Shown here: positions 49,261 to 59,555 of the stretch, in pieces | How positions within the stretch are numbered: position 1 is the stretch's first letter | Layout: every line of letters begins with the position of its first letter | NCBI GenBank assembly: GCA_016214895.1 | Contig: JACRMR010000020.1 | Location: forward strand, 41,812 to 105,811 | Source of the DNA: Candidatus Zhuqueibacterota bacterium | GTDB lineage: Bacteria; Electryoneota; RPQS01 | Reading direction: 5' to 3' | DNA length: 64,000 nt | Made by a program: the position numbers and the translations under genes | The notes under the pieces: model-generated | What the model was told of the DNA's origin: nothing | Databases searched by the model: none | What the model saw: the letters and a program-made list of their open reading frames with translations, nothing else

Positions 49261-49293
49261 AAGGGGCACGGTCCGTCGTGCCCCTTTCCTTTT
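49261..49293 (+). terminator. Rho-independent terminator
   Basis: AAGGGGCACG-GTCCGT-CGTGCCCCTT followed by TCCTTTT. Confidence 0.75.
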
Positions 49294-49321
49294 GGCCGGC
49301 TTTCCGGTGTTTTGGAACAAC

Positions 49322-49350
49322 TTGCGCCTCTCCGGCGAATTTCCTAAATT
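49322..49350 (+). promoter_or_regulatory. Possible promoter for the GT4-mscS-GH63 operon
   Basis: TTGCGC-17 nt-TAAATT. Confidence 0.45.
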
Positions 49351-49389
49351 GAAACTTATGTCAACGGCTTCAACAAACGTTCGCGCGGC

Positions 49390-50592
49390 ATGAGGATCGG
49401 CTACGTCCACAGCACGCCGTTTCCGTCGTTGGCCGCGAATGTGGTACAAGTCGTTCAGATGTGTCGGGCGTGGGGCGCGCTCGGGCACCACGTCACCTTG
49501 TTTATTCCGCGTGCGGACGCCTACAGCGACTCGGCGGCGGCACTCGCGGCTGCCGCGCAGATGTTCGGCGGAGCGCTGCCCTTTGAGGTGGAATACGTCG
49601 CTCGCAAGCGGCTCTGGGGCCGTCTTGATGTGCTGGGCAGTGTGGACGGAACGATCAGCGCCATTCGCGCGCGCAAGCCGGATCTCGTTTACACGCGCAA
49701 TCCATGGTCTGTCGAGTTTCTTCCCCGCACCGGCACGCCGTTCGTGTTTGAAGCTCACGAAGAGCATGTGCATGTCAAGTCGCATATTCTCGACTTGATG
49801 TTGCGCAACATGATTGTCCGCGCCTCTCAACGTCCTTCCTGTGCCTGTGTCGTCGCGATCTCCGCGGCCCTCGCGCGTATTTGGGAAGGCTACGGAGTTC
49901 CCCGTTCAAAGCTGCTCGCCGCGCATGACGGCGTGGATGCGGAGCTCTTCGGCCTTGATCTACCCGCCGCCGCTGCTCGCGCCGAATTGAGTTCCGCCGG
50001 ATTCGCGGGGTTGAGTCCTGCGGGTCGGGTGGTGGTTTACACGGGGGCGCTCCGCGCTGATCGCGGCGTTGATCAGATGCTCCGGGCCGCTCAACGGTTG
50101 GACACGCTCACCTTCTTCTTCATCGGTGGCACAGATCAGGAGTTGGCTCAGTGTCGCAAATCGGCGGCTGACCTTGGGCTTCGCAATGTGCACTTCCCCG
50201 GACGCGTCGCCCATCGTGAGATTCCCCATTGGCTCGCCGCGGCGGACATCTTGTTGATGATGTGGACCTCGAAAGTTCCGACGATGCGCGGGGCCTCGCC
50301 GATGAAGATGTTTGAGTATATGGCGGCGGATCGCCTGATTGTCGGACCGGCATTCCCCACCATTCGCGAAGTCCTCGAGAACGACAAAGACGCGGTGTTG
50401 TTCCAGCCGGACGACGCGGAGGCTTTGATCGCCGGTCTTGAACATGCCTGCGCGCTGCTCGACAGCGGAGGAGCCGCTTCGCTCGCCCGCTCCGCGCGCG
50501 AGAAAGTCCGGCGCGACTACACCTGGCGCACTCGTTGTCAACGTATTCTCGCGGCGCTGCCGCCGCTCGAAATACCGCTTCACGGATCATGA
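49390..50592 (+). CDS. Glycosyltransferase family 4
   Basis: AN.VQV..MC.A....GH.V, HDGVD, YTG.L...RG, SPMKMFEYMA. Confidence 0.9.
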   Translation: MRIGYVHSTPFPSLAANVVQVVQMCRAWGALGHHVTLFIPRADAYSDSAAALAAAAQMFGGALPFEVEYVARKRLWGRLDVLGSVDGTISAIRARKPDLVYTRNPWSVEFLPRTGTPFVFEAHEEHVHVKSHILDLMLRNMIVRASQRPSCACVVAISAALARIWEGYGVPRSKLLAAHDGVDAELFGLDLPAAAARAELSSAGFAGLSPAGRVVVYTGALRADRGVDQMLRAAQRLDTLTFFFIGGTDQELAQCRKSAADLGLRNVHFPGRVAHREIPHWLAAADILLMMWTSKVPTMRGASPMKMFEYMAADRLIVGPAFPTIREVLENDKDAVLFQPDDAEALIAGLEHACALLDSGGAASLARSAREKVRRDYTWRTRCQRILAALPPLEIPLHGS

Positions 50593-51704
50593 ACATGGAT
50601 CAGCTTCGTCACGCGCTCGCCTACTCCTTTCTTGACGTCTCGCTCTATCATTATCTGCTCGCTCTGAGCTGTCTGGCCGGCGGCTGGGTCTTGCGGCAGA
50701 TCTTGATGGGCGCGTTGCGTCACGTCATGCACCTCTCGGCGAAGACCGAGACGGCCATCGATGACATTCTGATCGACGCGATTTCGAAACCGCTGTCGTT
50801 GATGTGCTTTGTGCTCGGCGTTTGGGCCGCGATCGAGGTCCTGCCGCTCTCGCCCGAGCTCATCAACTTCGCCCGTTTTGTCCGCGGCGGGGTGAAGGCG
50901 GTCACGGTGCTGGTAGTGGTCTGGTTTGCGCTGCGGCTGATCGACCGTTCTACCCGTCACATGCAGGAACGGGCGGTCGAGACCAAGTCGCCGATTCTCG
51001 ACTTCGTCCCGCTCTTTCGCAAAACCGCGAAGATCTTTCTGGTTCTGATCGGGATTCTGATTATCATTCAGGACCTCGGCTATTCCGTGGCTTCGCTGAT
51101 CGCCGGACTGGGTCTGGGCGGTCTCGCGCTCGGTCTCGCGGCGAAGGACACGCTGGCAAACTTCTTCGGCAGCGTGGTGATCTTCGTGGATCGCCCGTTC
51201 ACGCGCGGTGACTGGATCAAGATCGGCGAGCATGACGGTGTGGTGGAAGAGATCAGCATTCGGGTCACTCGGATCCGCACGTTTCAGGACAGCCTGATCA
51301 CCATCCCCAACGCGCAATTGACCACGACGCCGATCATCAACTGGACGGCCATGCGCAAGCGCCGCGTCAGGTTCTCGATCGACGTGGCCCCCGACACGCC
51401 GCCGCGCCTCGTGGAACAAGTCGTGGCGGCGATTCGCGACTGGATCTTATCCGATGCGCGCTTCCTGGCGGACGGCCTTACCGTGGCGGTAACCGCCCTC
51501 AACAACTACAGTCTCAACGTGCTGGTGAATGCTTATACCGCCACCGCGGAGTACCCGCCGTTCGTCGCGGCGCAGCAGGACCTCCTGTTGAACGCACTGC
51601 GGATTCTGCGCGAGCATGAAATCGCGTTGGCCTTCCCCACGCAGACGCTAAACGTGTCGCATGAGTCCGCCCTGGTTTCCCGGTCGTCCAGCGCGGAGTC
51701 ATGA
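50589..51704 (+). CDS. Small-conductance mechanosensitive channel (MscS family)
   Basis: AGLGLGGLA..LAAKDTLANFFG, DRPF..GDWI, G.VEEI..R.T.IR, IPN, AFPTQT; ATGA overlap. Confidence 0.92.
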   Translation: MNMDQLRHALAYSFLDVSLYHYLLALSCLAGGWVLRQILMGALRHVMHLSAKTETAIDDILIDAISKPLSLMCFVLGVWAAIEVLPLSPELINFARFVRGGVKAVTVLVVVWFALRLIDRSTRHMQERAVETKSPILDFVPLFRKTAKIFLVLIGILIIIQDLGYSVASLIAGLGLGGLALGLAAKDTLANFFGSVVIFVDRPFTRGDWIKIGEHDGVVEEISIRVTRIRTFQDSLITIPNAQLTTTPIINWTAMRKRRVRFSIDVAPDTPPRLVEQVVAAIRDWILSDARFLADGLTVAVTALNNYSLNVLVNAYTATAEYPPFVAAQQDLLLNALRILREHEIALAFPTQTLNVSHESALVSRSSSAES

Positions 51705-54391
51705 GTAGTTCTGCGTCCACGGTCGGCGCCGAACTTCGCCGCCTGCAAGAGTGCCGCGATCAGGGAGTACCGTGGAAACAGTGGGGACCTTATCTCGCGG
51801 ACCGCCAATGGGGCACGGTGCGTGAAGACTACTCTCCCGACGGCGACGCCTGGGCGTTCTTGCCGCATGATCACGCCCGCAGCAAAGCCTATCGCTGGGG
51901 TGAAGACGGCATCGGCGGATTCTCCGATGACGAGCAGACGCTTTGCCTCGGGCTCGCGCTCTGGAACGGCAACGATCCGATCATCAAGGAGCGTTTTTTC
52001 GGCTTGACCGGACCCGAAGGGAATCACGGAGAGGATGTCAAGGAATACTACTACTATCTTGACGCCACCCCCTCGCACTCCTATCAACGGCTGCTTTACA
52101 AGTATCCGCAACGCGAGTTCCCGTATGCCGAACTCGCGCGGCAGAATCGTCGTCGCACGCGTCAGGAGCACGAGTATGAGTTGATCGACACCGGAATCTT
52201 TGCGGATCATCGCTACTTTGACGTTTTTATCGAATACGCCAAAGCCGCGCCGGACGACCTCCTGCTGCGCGTCACGGCCTGGAATCGGGGGCCGGATTCC
52301 GCGCGACTCCACCTGCTCCCTCACGTCTGGTTTCGGAATGACCTGACCTGGACTGACGCCACTCGCCGACCCGTGCTGCGCGCCGTCTCCGCGGATTCAA
52401 TTTCCGTGTATCACCACCGGCTCGGCGAATTCGTCTGCTATCTGGATGGCTCGCCTGACTTGCTGTTCTGCGAGAACGAGACGAATTACCGCCGGCTTTA
52501 CGGCCTGGATCGGGGCGGTCCGTTTTTCAAGGACGGCATCAACAACTATCTGGTTCACAACCACCGCGCCGCCGTGAATCACGCGGGCGTCGGCACGAAG
52601 GCCGCCGCCGGTTACGAACACCGGATCGGCCCCGGGGCCTCGGCGACGATTCACTTGCGCCTGACCCGCGCCGCGCGCTCCGCTCCGTTTGCGGATGTCG
52701 CTGCGGTCTTCGATCAGCGCCTGGCTGAGGCCGACGAGTTTTATGACCATATTCACGCGGAGCTGACCGATTCGGACATGCGCCGCGTACAACGACAGGC
52801 ACTCGCGGGAATGCTCTGGTCCAAGCAGTACTACGCGTACGACGTCACGCGCTGGCTGGAGGGCGACCGCGATCGGCCGCCGCCGCCCGAATCGCGCAAA
52901 CATGGCCGCAACCGTGACTGGCCGCACGTGAGCGTCGGCGACGTGATTTCCATGCCGGACAAATGGGAGTATCCGTGGTTCGCGGCCTGGGATCTCGCCT
53001 TCCATTGCATTCCCTTGGCCATGGTCGATGCCGAATTCGCCAAACAGCAGTTGTTGTTGCTGACGCGGGAATGGTACATGCACCCCAACGGACAGTTGCC
53101 GGCCTACGAATGGCAATTCGGTGATGTCAATCCGCCCGTGCACGCCTGGGCGACCTGGCGCGTGTACAAGGTGGACAAGAAGGCCAACGACGGTCGCGGC
53201 GATCTCGCTTTTCTGGAGCGCGTGTACCACAAGCTCCTGATGAATTTCACGTGGTGGGTCAACCGCAAGGACGCGGAAGGCAACAACATCTTTCAAGGCG
53301 GCTTTCTCGGGCTGGATAACATCGGCGTCTTTGACCGCAGCTCCGCGCTGCCGACCGGCGGGTCGCTCGAACAGTGCGACGGCACGAGCTGGATGGCGAT
53401 GTACTGCTTGAACATGATGCGCATCGCGCTCGAGCTTTCGCGCGTCAATCCGTCCTATCAGGACATGGCCACCAAGTTCTTCGAGCACTTTCTGCGCGTC
53501 GCCGCGGCGCTGGCGAATCTGGGCGGCCAGGGCATCAATTTGTGGGATGAGCGGGATGAGTTCTTCTACGATGTGCTTCACACTCCCGACCACCAGCTCG
53601 TTCCCCTCCGGGTTCGTTCCATTGTCGGGTTGATCCCGCTCTTCGCCGTGGAAACACTGGAACCCGACTACCTGCATACGACACCCGCGTTCAAGCAGCG
53701 CGTCGAGTGGCTGATGGAGAACCGTCCGGAACTTGCGGACCTCGTCTCACGTTGGGAGCAGACGGGCGCTGGAGATCGTCACTTGCTGTCGCTGCTGCGC
53801 GGTCACCGCTTGAAGTGCCTGTTGCGCCGCATGCTCGACGAAAGCGAATTTCTTTCGCCCTATGGAATACGCGCACTCTCCAAGATTCACGAGCGCGAGC
53901 CCTATCATTTTCACGCGAACGGAGACACCTTCACGGTCGCCTACCGCCCCGGTGAATCGGACACGGGTCTGTTTGGCGGCAACTCCAATTGGCGCGGCCC
54001 GGTTTGGTTTCCGTTGAACTATTTGATCATCGAGTCACTGCAGAAATTCTATCATTATTACGGCCCCGACTTCAAGGTCGAGTGCCCGACGCACTCCGGC
54101 AACTACCTGACGATTCTGGAGATCTCCGAAGAGCTGACCCGTCGGCTCGGCACCATCTTCCTGCGCGACGCGAACGGCCGCCGCCCGGTCTTCGGCCACC
54201 ATGAGCAGTTCCATCACGACCCGCATTTTCGCGATCATGTCCCCTTCTACGAGTATTTCCACGGCGACAATGGCCGGGGCGTCGGCGCGTCCCATCAAAC
54301 GGGTTGGACCGGCCTGATCGCCAAACTCCTGCATCCACGCAAGGACCGCGAGGACATCCACGCCGAGTCCGCCGGAGGTTCTGCTACATGA
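51701..54391 (+). CDS. GH63 / MGH1-like glucosidase
   Basis: [58 protein letters not shown]. Confidence 0.92.
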   Translation: MSSSASTVGAELRRLQECRDQGVPWKQWGPYLADRQWGTVREDYSPDGDAWAFLPHDHARSKAYRWGEDGIGGFSDDEQTLCLGLALWNGNDPIIKERFFGLTGPEGNHGEDVKEYYYYLDATPSHSYQRLLYKYPQREFPYAELARQNRRRTRQEHEYELIDTGIFADHRYFDVFIEYAKAAPDDLLLRVTAWNRGPDSARLHLLPHVWFRNDLTWTDATRRPVLRAVSADSISVYHHRLGEFVCYLDGSPDLLFCENETNYRRLYGLDRGGPFFKDGINNYLVHNHRAAVNHAGVGTKAAAGYEHRIGPGASATIHLRLTRAARSAPFADVAAVFDQRLAEADEFYDHIHAELTDSDMRRVQRQALAGMLWSKQYYAYDVTRWLEGDRDRPPPPESRKHGRNRDWPHVSVGDVISMPDKWEYPWFAAWDLAFHCIPLAMVDAEFAKQQLLLLTREWYMHPNGQLPAYEWQFGDVNPPVHAWATWRVYKVDKKANDGRGDLAFLERVYHKLLMNFTWWVNRKDAEGNNIFQGGFLGLDNIGVFDRSSALPTGGSLEQCDGTSWMAMYCLNMMRIALELSRVNPSYQDMATKFFEHFLRVAAALANLGGQGINLWDERDEFFYDVLHTPDHQLVPLRVRSIVGLIPLFAVETLEPDYLHTTPAFKQRVEWLMENRPELADLVSRWEQTGAGDRHLLSLLRGHRLKCLLRRMLDESEFLSPYGIRALSKIHEREPYHFHANGDTFTVAYRPGESDTGLFGGNSNWRGPVWFPLNYLIIESLQKFYHYYGPDFKVECPTHSGNYLTILEISEELTRRLGTIFLRDANGRRPVFGHHEQFHHDPHFRDHVPFYEYFHGDNGRGVGASHQTGWTGLIAKLLHPRKDREDIHAESAGGSAT

Positions 54392-54408
54392 TGCCATTTG
54401 CATAGTGG

Positions 54409-54514
54409 TCCCTGTTCCTTGTTCCTTGTTCCTTGTTCCTTGTTCCTTGTTCCTTGTTCCTTGTTCCCTGTTCCTTGTTCCTTGTTTCATCCCTCCGCCC
54501 TCATCCCTCATCCC
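54409..54514. repeat. Heptamer tandem repeats: 11x TCC[TC]TGT then 4x TCATCCC-like
   Basis: Counted directly: 54409-54485 (11 units) and 54487-54514 (4 units). Confidence 0.95.
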
Positions 54515-54522
54515 TTTCTTCC

Positions 54523-56196
54523 ATGGCCCCTCAGTTCGCCTTCGTCATTCAAGGTCTGAAAAAGTTCTATAATGGTCAGAAGGTCCTCGACGACATCAAT
54601 CTGGCCTTCTATCCGGGCGCGAAGATCGGCGTCGTCGGTGACAATGGTTCCGGCAAGTCAACACTCCTGCGCATTATGGCCGGCCTTGACAAGGAGTATC
54701 AGGGATTGGCCGAACCGCACAAGGGCGTGCGCGCGGTGCTTGTCGCGCAGGAGCCGGACATCGATCTTGCCAAGACGGTTCGTGAAAACGTCGAAGTTGC
54801 CTTTGCCAAGGTTCGCGATCTGATCGACCGCTACAACAAACTCGCCGAGGACATGGCCGCCATGGACGGCGACGAGATGGAAAAGGCGCTGGAGAAGATG
54901 CAGCGCTTACAGGACGAGATCGAGCAGGTGGATGGCTGGAACCTTGACCATCAGATTGAGGTCGCGTCTGACGCGCTCTTTCTGCCCGACGGCGACACCC
55001 CCTCCGCGGTGCTTTCCGGCGGGGAGCGGCGCCGCGTGGCGCTCTGCCAAGCCCTGTTAGAGAAACCCGACATTCTGCTGCTGGACGAGCCGACCAACCA
55101 CCTCGATGCCGAAACCGTCGAGTGGCTGGAGAAGCAACTCAAGGAGTTTCCCGGCACCGTGATTATCGTCACGCACGACCGCTACTTTCTTGATAATATC
55201 ACGAAGTGGATTCTCGAACTGGACAACGGTCGCGGGATTCCGTGGGAGGGCAACTACTCCTCGTGGCTCAAGCAGAAGATCGATCAGCTCGACTTGCAGG
55301 AAAAGAAGGACACGATCCGCTTGGCCGTACTCAAGCGCGAACTCGCCTGGATCAATCTGAACCAGCGCGACCGTCTGATTGAAAGCCGTAAGCATGTCGA
55401 GGAGTACGAGCGTCGTTCCAAGGAACTGTTCGACCTGCACCTGCAATCCATGGACATCCAGATTGCTCCGGGTCCGCGGCTCGGCGAGGTGGTGCTGGAG
55501 CTGAAAAACCTCTGCAAGGGCTACTCCGCTGCGCCGCTGATCAAGGACTTTACCATGTCCGTTCCGCCCGGTAGCGTGATCGGCGTCATCGGCCCCAACG
55601 GCGTCGGCAAGACCACGCTGTTCCGGCTGCTGACCGGCGAGGAACAACCGGATTCCGGCGACATGCACTTCGGGCAAACGGTGACGCTGTCCTATGTCAG
55701 TCAGATGCGCGACGATCTTTCAAATGAGAACACCGTATTCGAGGAGATCACCGGCAACGCCGACACGATTGTGATGGGCGACCGCGAGATTCCGTCACGC
55801 GCCTATGTCTCCAAATTTAATTTCCGCGGCACGACGCACCAGAAGAAGGTCGGCTTGCTTTCCGGCGGTGAACGCAATCGCGTTCACCTCGCCAAGCTCT
55901 TGAAGATGGGGGGCAATTTTCTCTTGCTCGACGAGCCCTCCAACGATCTCGACGTGACCACGCTCCGCATGCTGGAGAACGCGATTCTCGATTTTCCCGG
56001 CTGTGTGATGGTCATCAGCCATGACCGTTTCTTCCTCGATCGCATCTGCACGCACATCCTCGCCTTCGAGGGTAATGGCTACGTGCGCTGGTTTGAGGGG
56101 AACTTCCACGCCTATCAGGAACGCCGTCAGCAGGAACTCGGCAGCTTGACGAACCGGCCGCGCCGCAGCATGTACCGCAAGCTCTCGCTCTCCTGA
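54523..56196 (+). CDS. ettA: Energy-dependent translational throttle ABC-F ATPase
   Basis: Start MAPQF at 54523; L.FYPGAKIG, two ABC domains (GDNGSGKST, LSGGERRRVALC, LLDEPTNHLDAE; GPNGVGKTT, LSGGERNR), HILAFEG. Confidence 0.92.
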   Translation: MAPQFAFVIQGLKKFYNGQKVLDDINLAFYPGAKIGVVGDNGSGKSTLLRIMAGLDKEYQGLAEPHKGVRAVLVAQEPDIDLAKTVRENVEVAFAKVRDLIDRYNKLAEDMAAMDGDEMEKALEKMQRLQDEIEQVDGWNLDHQIEVASDALFLPDGDTPSAVLSGGERRRVALCQALLEKPDILLLDEPTNHLDAETVEWLEKQLKEFPGTVIIVTHDRYFLDNITKWILELDNGRGIPWEGNYSSWLKQKIDQLDLQEKKDTIRLAVLKRELAWINLNQRDRLIESRKHVEEYERRSKELFDLHLQSMDIQIAPGPRLGEVVLELKNLCKGYSAAPLIKDFTMSVPPGSVIGVIGPNGVGKTTLFRLLTGEEQPDSGDMHFGQTVTLSYVSQMRDDLSNENTVFEEITGNADTIVMGDREIPSRAYVSKFNFRGTTHQKKVGLLSGGERNRVHLAKLLKMGGNFLLLDEPSNDLDVTTLRMLENAILDFPGCVMVISHDRFFLDRICTHILAFEGNGYVRWFEGNFHAYQERRQQELGSLTNRPRRSMYRKLSLS

Positions 56197-56221
56197 GATG
56201 TTGTCGAATCGGCCTCACACA

Positions 56222-56466
56222 CGAGGGTGCCGCTTGGCACCCTCGTCTGCTCTTTGCCGAACCGGGCACTGACCTCCGCCGAGCAGGGATTCCTTCCCTG
56301 CCGGAATCTCGCTCAGCCACTGCTTTTCGCCGCGGCATGTGTCTCCACATGCCCGGAATCGGCATCTTCCGCCGAGCAGGGATTCCTTCCCTGCTGGAAT
56401 TGTCAGAACCACCGAGTGCTTGCCTCGCCGTGCCGGGTCGGGGTCGGCCGCCACCCGCCCGGGATC
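56222..56466 (+). repeat. Cluster of REP-like hairpins downstream of ettA
   Basis: Perfect hairpin GAGGGTGCC-GCTT-GGCACCCTC; two TCCGCCGAGCAGGGATTCCTTCCCTGCYGGAAT units (56275, 56368); one CGCCGC-GGCATGTG-TCTC-CACATGCC-CGGAATC unit. Confidence 0.8.
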
Positions 56467-56554
56467 AGACATCGTCGCACCATCTTATATCATTATAAAT
56501 AAAATATTAGCTTCCGGAATCCAAAGGGAACCAAACGTAGCCGTTCAACGTTAA

Positions 56555-56575
56555 ATAGTTTGAACCCAAACGAAT
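56555..56575 (+). promoter_or_regulatory. Candidate MarR operator
   Basis: Inverted repeat GTTTG-AACC-CAAAC in AT-rich DNA immediately before the marR ATG. Confidence 0.5.
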
Positions 56576-57055
56576 ATGTCCTCTCATTTCAAAGGCCCGG
56601 AGCGGGAGCGGCTTGCCCTCGACTCTTTTGTTAAGCTGATGCGCGCGTCGTCGTCGCTGTCCGGGACCATGGTCCGCCAGATCCGGGCACACGGGCTAAC
56701 CGAACCTCAATTTGCGGTGCTGGAAGTAGTTTACCACGTCGGTCCGCTCCATCAGCACTTGATCTCGGAGAAGTTGCTGATGTCGGGCGGCAACCTCTCG
56801 CTGGTGATCGATAATCTGGAAAAGCAGCACCTCATCATTCGCCGCACGAATCCGGCGGATCGCCGTTGCACGAAGATCCACCTCACCGACGCGGGGCGGC
56901 AATGGATGGCGGACTACTTTCCGGAGCACGCCGCGTTCATCACTCAGCAAATGGCGGCGCTGACGCCGGAAGAGCAACGCCTGCTCGGACTTCTTTGTCG
57001 CAAGCTCGGACTGGCCGCCGCCGCCCTGAGCTCAGAAACTCCACGCGAAACATGA
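56576..57055 (+). CDS. MarR family regulator (MhqR-like)
   Basis: GLT.PQFAVLE..YH.GP, GN.S.VIDNLEK, DRR...I.LT..G. Confidence 0.92.
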   Translation: MSSHFKGPERERLALDSFVKLMRASSSLSGTMVRQIRAHGLTEPQFAVLEVVYHVGPLHQHLISEKLLMSGGNLSLVIDNLEKQHLIIRRTNPADRRCTKIHLTDAGRQWMADYFPEHAAFITQQMAALTPEEQRLLGLLCRKLGLAAAALSSETPRET

Positions 57056-57092
57056 TCTCAACCACCATATCCTCATACTCGGAGATTCACCC

Positions 57093-57686
57093 ATGATCCG
57101 GAATGTCATTTTCAGCCTGACCGCTATTTCAGCCCTGTCCCTCGCGGCCTTCGCCGGCAGCTGGGACGTCGATCAGGCTCACTCCAAAGTCGGCTTCACC
57201 GTCACGCACATGGTGATCTCGACAGTCGATGGTAACTTCGGAATGTACACCGCCAGCGTAAGCTACGATGAGCAGTACCCATCGAGCCTCGCGTTCGAGG
57301 CCGCGATCGACGCGTCCTCGGTCAACACGAACAACGAGAAGCGCGACGGTCACCTCAAGTCGCCGGACTTCTTTGATGTCGCCAACTCGCCCACGATCAC
57401 TTTCAAGTCCACCAAGACCGAAGTCGTCAGTCCGGGGAAGTTTAAGGTAACAGGTGATCTCACGATGCGTGGCGTGACCAAGTCCGTTGTGCTGGATCTC
57501 AGCGGCCTCGACAAGATTATCGACACACCGTGGGGCACGCGCAAGACCGCGGCCGTCGCGACCGGCGAAATCAACCGTCACGACTTCAACCTGAAGTGGG
57601 ACAACGCGTTGCCCGGCGGCGATCTCATCGTCAGCGAAAAGGTGAAATTGAATATCGTCGTCGAACTCGATCAGAAGAAAGAGTAG
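57093..57686 (+). CDS. YceI family periplasmic lipid/quinone-binding protein
   Basis: Signal peptide; D.AHS.VGF.V.H, RDGHLKS.DFFD, GDLT.RGVTK. Confidence 0.93.
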   Translation: MIRNVIFSLTAISALSLAAFAGSWDVDQAHSKVGFTVTHMVISTVDGNFGMYTASVSYDEQYPSSLAFEAAIDASSVNTNNEKRDGHLKSPDFFDVANSPTITFKSTKTEVVSPGKFKVTGDLTMRGVTKSVVLDLSGLDKIIDTPWGTRKTAAVATGEINRHDFNLKWDNALPGGDLIVSEKVKLNIVVELDQKKE

Positions 57687-57708
57687 TCTTCTCGTCACGA
57701 TCAATCCG

Positions 57709-57740
57709 GGGCGGGACTCAGCGTCCCGCTCATTTTTTTT
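57709..57740 (+). terminator. Rho-independent terminator after yceI
   Basis: GCGGGAC-TCAGC-GTCCCGC followed by TCA and T8. Confidence 0.75.
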
Positions 57741-57751
57741 CAGGAACCATC

Positions 57752-58807
57752 ATGTCGATCACCGGCCTGCACCACATCACACTCGTCTGTTCCGCTGCCG
57801 CCAGGACGCTGGACTTCTACACTCGCGTGCTCGGTTTGCGCACGATCAAATTGACCGTGAATTTCGATGATCCCGCCAGCTATCATCTTTATTTCGGCAA
57901 CTCCACGGCCGATCCCGGTTCCGCCATCACCTTCTTCGAGTGGCCGCAGGCTCCGCAGGGCCGGCCCGGAATCGGCGGCACCCATCACTTCGCCCTCACG
58001 GTCGCGAGCTACCAGTCGTTATTGAAGTGGAAGCGCTACCTGAACGATCTCGGAATTCGCACGCGCGGCCCGTCTGACCACTTCTATTTTCGCTCACTCT
58101 ATTTCCGTGATCCCGACGGCGTGCGCATCGAGCTGGCGACCACCGATCCCGGTCTGCTCATCGACGAACCCGCGGACCAGCTTGGTACGCACGATTTTCG
58201 CGGCGCCTTGTCACCGGTCCCGGACCTCGCCACTGAATCATGGGCGGATCCCGTACCACAGATTACCGCTGACATGTTGCTCACCCGCGGCTTGCATCAT
58301 ATCAGCGCCTACTCCTCCGATCTCAAAGCCACGGATCATTTCTATCGGGTCCTGCTCGGCCTGCATCGCCTGAAGCGGACTGCGGATCGTGACGGGTCCG
58401 GTCTCGCCCACTGGTTCTGGGGAGACTCGTCCGGCACGCCCGGCACGCTGATCTCTTATTTCGAACAAGACCCCGCCACCGTCAAGCGCGCGCAAATCGG
58501 CATCGGCCAGACCCATCATTTCGCGCTCGGGGTTCCGGACGAAGCCGCCCAGCTGGTCTGGCGACGACGGCTGATCGAGGCCGGACATTCGGTATCGCCC
58601 GTCATGGATCGCGTGTATTTCAAGAGTATCTATACCCACGATCCTGACGGACACATCGTGGAGCTCGCCACCATGGGACCCGGCTTCGCCGTTGACGAAC
58701 CGCTGGAATCTCTCGGTCAATCACTCAAGCTCCCGCCGTGGCTCGAATCGAAGCGCAACCGGATTGAGTCGGTCCTGCGCCCGTTGACTCGCGAGCACGC
58801 CCGATGA
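57752..58807 (+). CDS. VOC-family ring-cleaving dioxygenase (MhqO/MhqA-like)
   Basis: GLHHIT, K.TVNFDDP..YHLYFG, ITFFEWP, HHFAL, DR.YF.SIY..DP.G...ELAT.GPGF. Confidence 0.9.
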   Translation: MSITGLHHITLVCSAAARTLDFYTRVLGLRTIKLTVNFDDPASYHLYFGNSTADPGSAITFFEWPQAPQGRPGIGGTHHFALTVASYQSLLKWKRYLNDLGIRTRGPSDHFYFRSLYFRDPDGVRIELATTDPGLLIDEPADQLGTHDFRGALSPVPDLATESWADPVPQITADMLLTRGLHHISAYSSDLKATDHFYRVLLGLHRLKRTADRDGSGLAHWFWGDSSGTPGTLISYFEQDPATVKRAQIGIGQTHHFALGVPDEAAQLVWRRRLIEAGHSVSPVMDRVYFKSIYTHDPDGHIVELATMGPGFAVDEPLESLGQSLKLPPWLESKRNRIESVLRPLTREHAR

Positions 58808-59463
58808 TGAGCAAGCTCACGCTCGAAACCGATGTGCATCGGCACCAACCGCTGCTGACCTCGGGCGACCCGCTCGCCTCAGCCCGGAGCGCCATGCTGC
58901 TCCTGCACGGTCGTGGTTCCGATGCGCATGATATCATGGGCCTCGCCGCGGAGCTTTCCACAGCCGGCATGGCCTATCTCGCGCCTCAGGCCGCGAATAA
59001 CACGTGGTATTCCTACGGCTTTCTCCAGCCGCAATCGCGCAATGAGCCCGCGCTCAGTTCCGCGATCGCGCGGGTCCGCGGCTTGCTCGACTCCGCACGG
59101 GAACAAGGCATTCCGACGCAGCGCACCTTCCTCGCCGGGTTTTCGCAAGGCGCCTGTCTCGCGCTCGAGACCGCCGCGCGCGCCGGCTTGCAACTCGGTG
59201 GCGTGTTTGCCTTCTCGGGCGGACTGATCGGTTCGGAACTTGATGTCGCCTTGTATTCAGCCGGGCTGACCGGTACCCCGGTATTCATCGGCTGCGACGA
59301 GCGCGATCCACACATCCCTGCATCCCGCGTTCGCGCCTCCGGTGAACTGTTGACGACACTGGGCGCAACCGTCACCGTGCGCTTGTATTCTGATCTGGGC
59401 CACTCAATCAATCGAGACGAAATCGCAGCCGCGCGCGCCATCCTGCGGACCGCGCTTGTTTAG
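58804..59463 (+). CDS. Phospholipase/carboxylesterase (MhqD-like)
   Basis: LHGRG, GFSQG, DPHIP, GH.I. Confidence 0.9.
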   Translation: MMSKLTLETDVHRHQPLLTSGDPLASARSAMLLLHGRGSDAHDIMGLAAELSTAGMAYLAPQAANNTWYSYGFLQPQSRNEPALSSAIARVRGLLDSAREQGIPTQRTFLAGFSQGACLALETAARAGLQLGGVFAFSGGLIGSELDVALYSAGLTGTPVFIGCDERDPHIPASRVRASGELLTTLGATVTVRLYSDLGHSINRDEIAAARAILRTALV

Positions 59464-59521
59464 GTAGCTGAAGGCAGTGCGACGCCGCTACGCATTTCTT
59501 TCGTGGCCCCTCAATCCGCGG

Positions 59522-59549
59522 TTGCAGATCGTACGCGGATTCGTATATT
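59522..59549 (+). promoter_or_regulatory. Promoter placing the transcription start at the eamA ATG (possible leaderless mRNA)
   Basis: TTGCAG-16 nt-TATATT, 6 nt before the ATG; no SD. Confidence 0.5.
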
Positions 59550-59555
59550 GGAACT

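Noticed and set aside
54433..54522. LVPCSLF repeat N-terminus on EttA and antisense EQGTRNK ORF (54035-54511)
   Set aside because: These are translations of the heptamer DNA array; EttA homology starts at MAPQF (54523).
56222..56466. Possible mini CRISPR array
   Set aside because: Only two near-identical units, irregular spacing, variable stems, dispersed copies elsewhere and no cas genes; REP-like instead.
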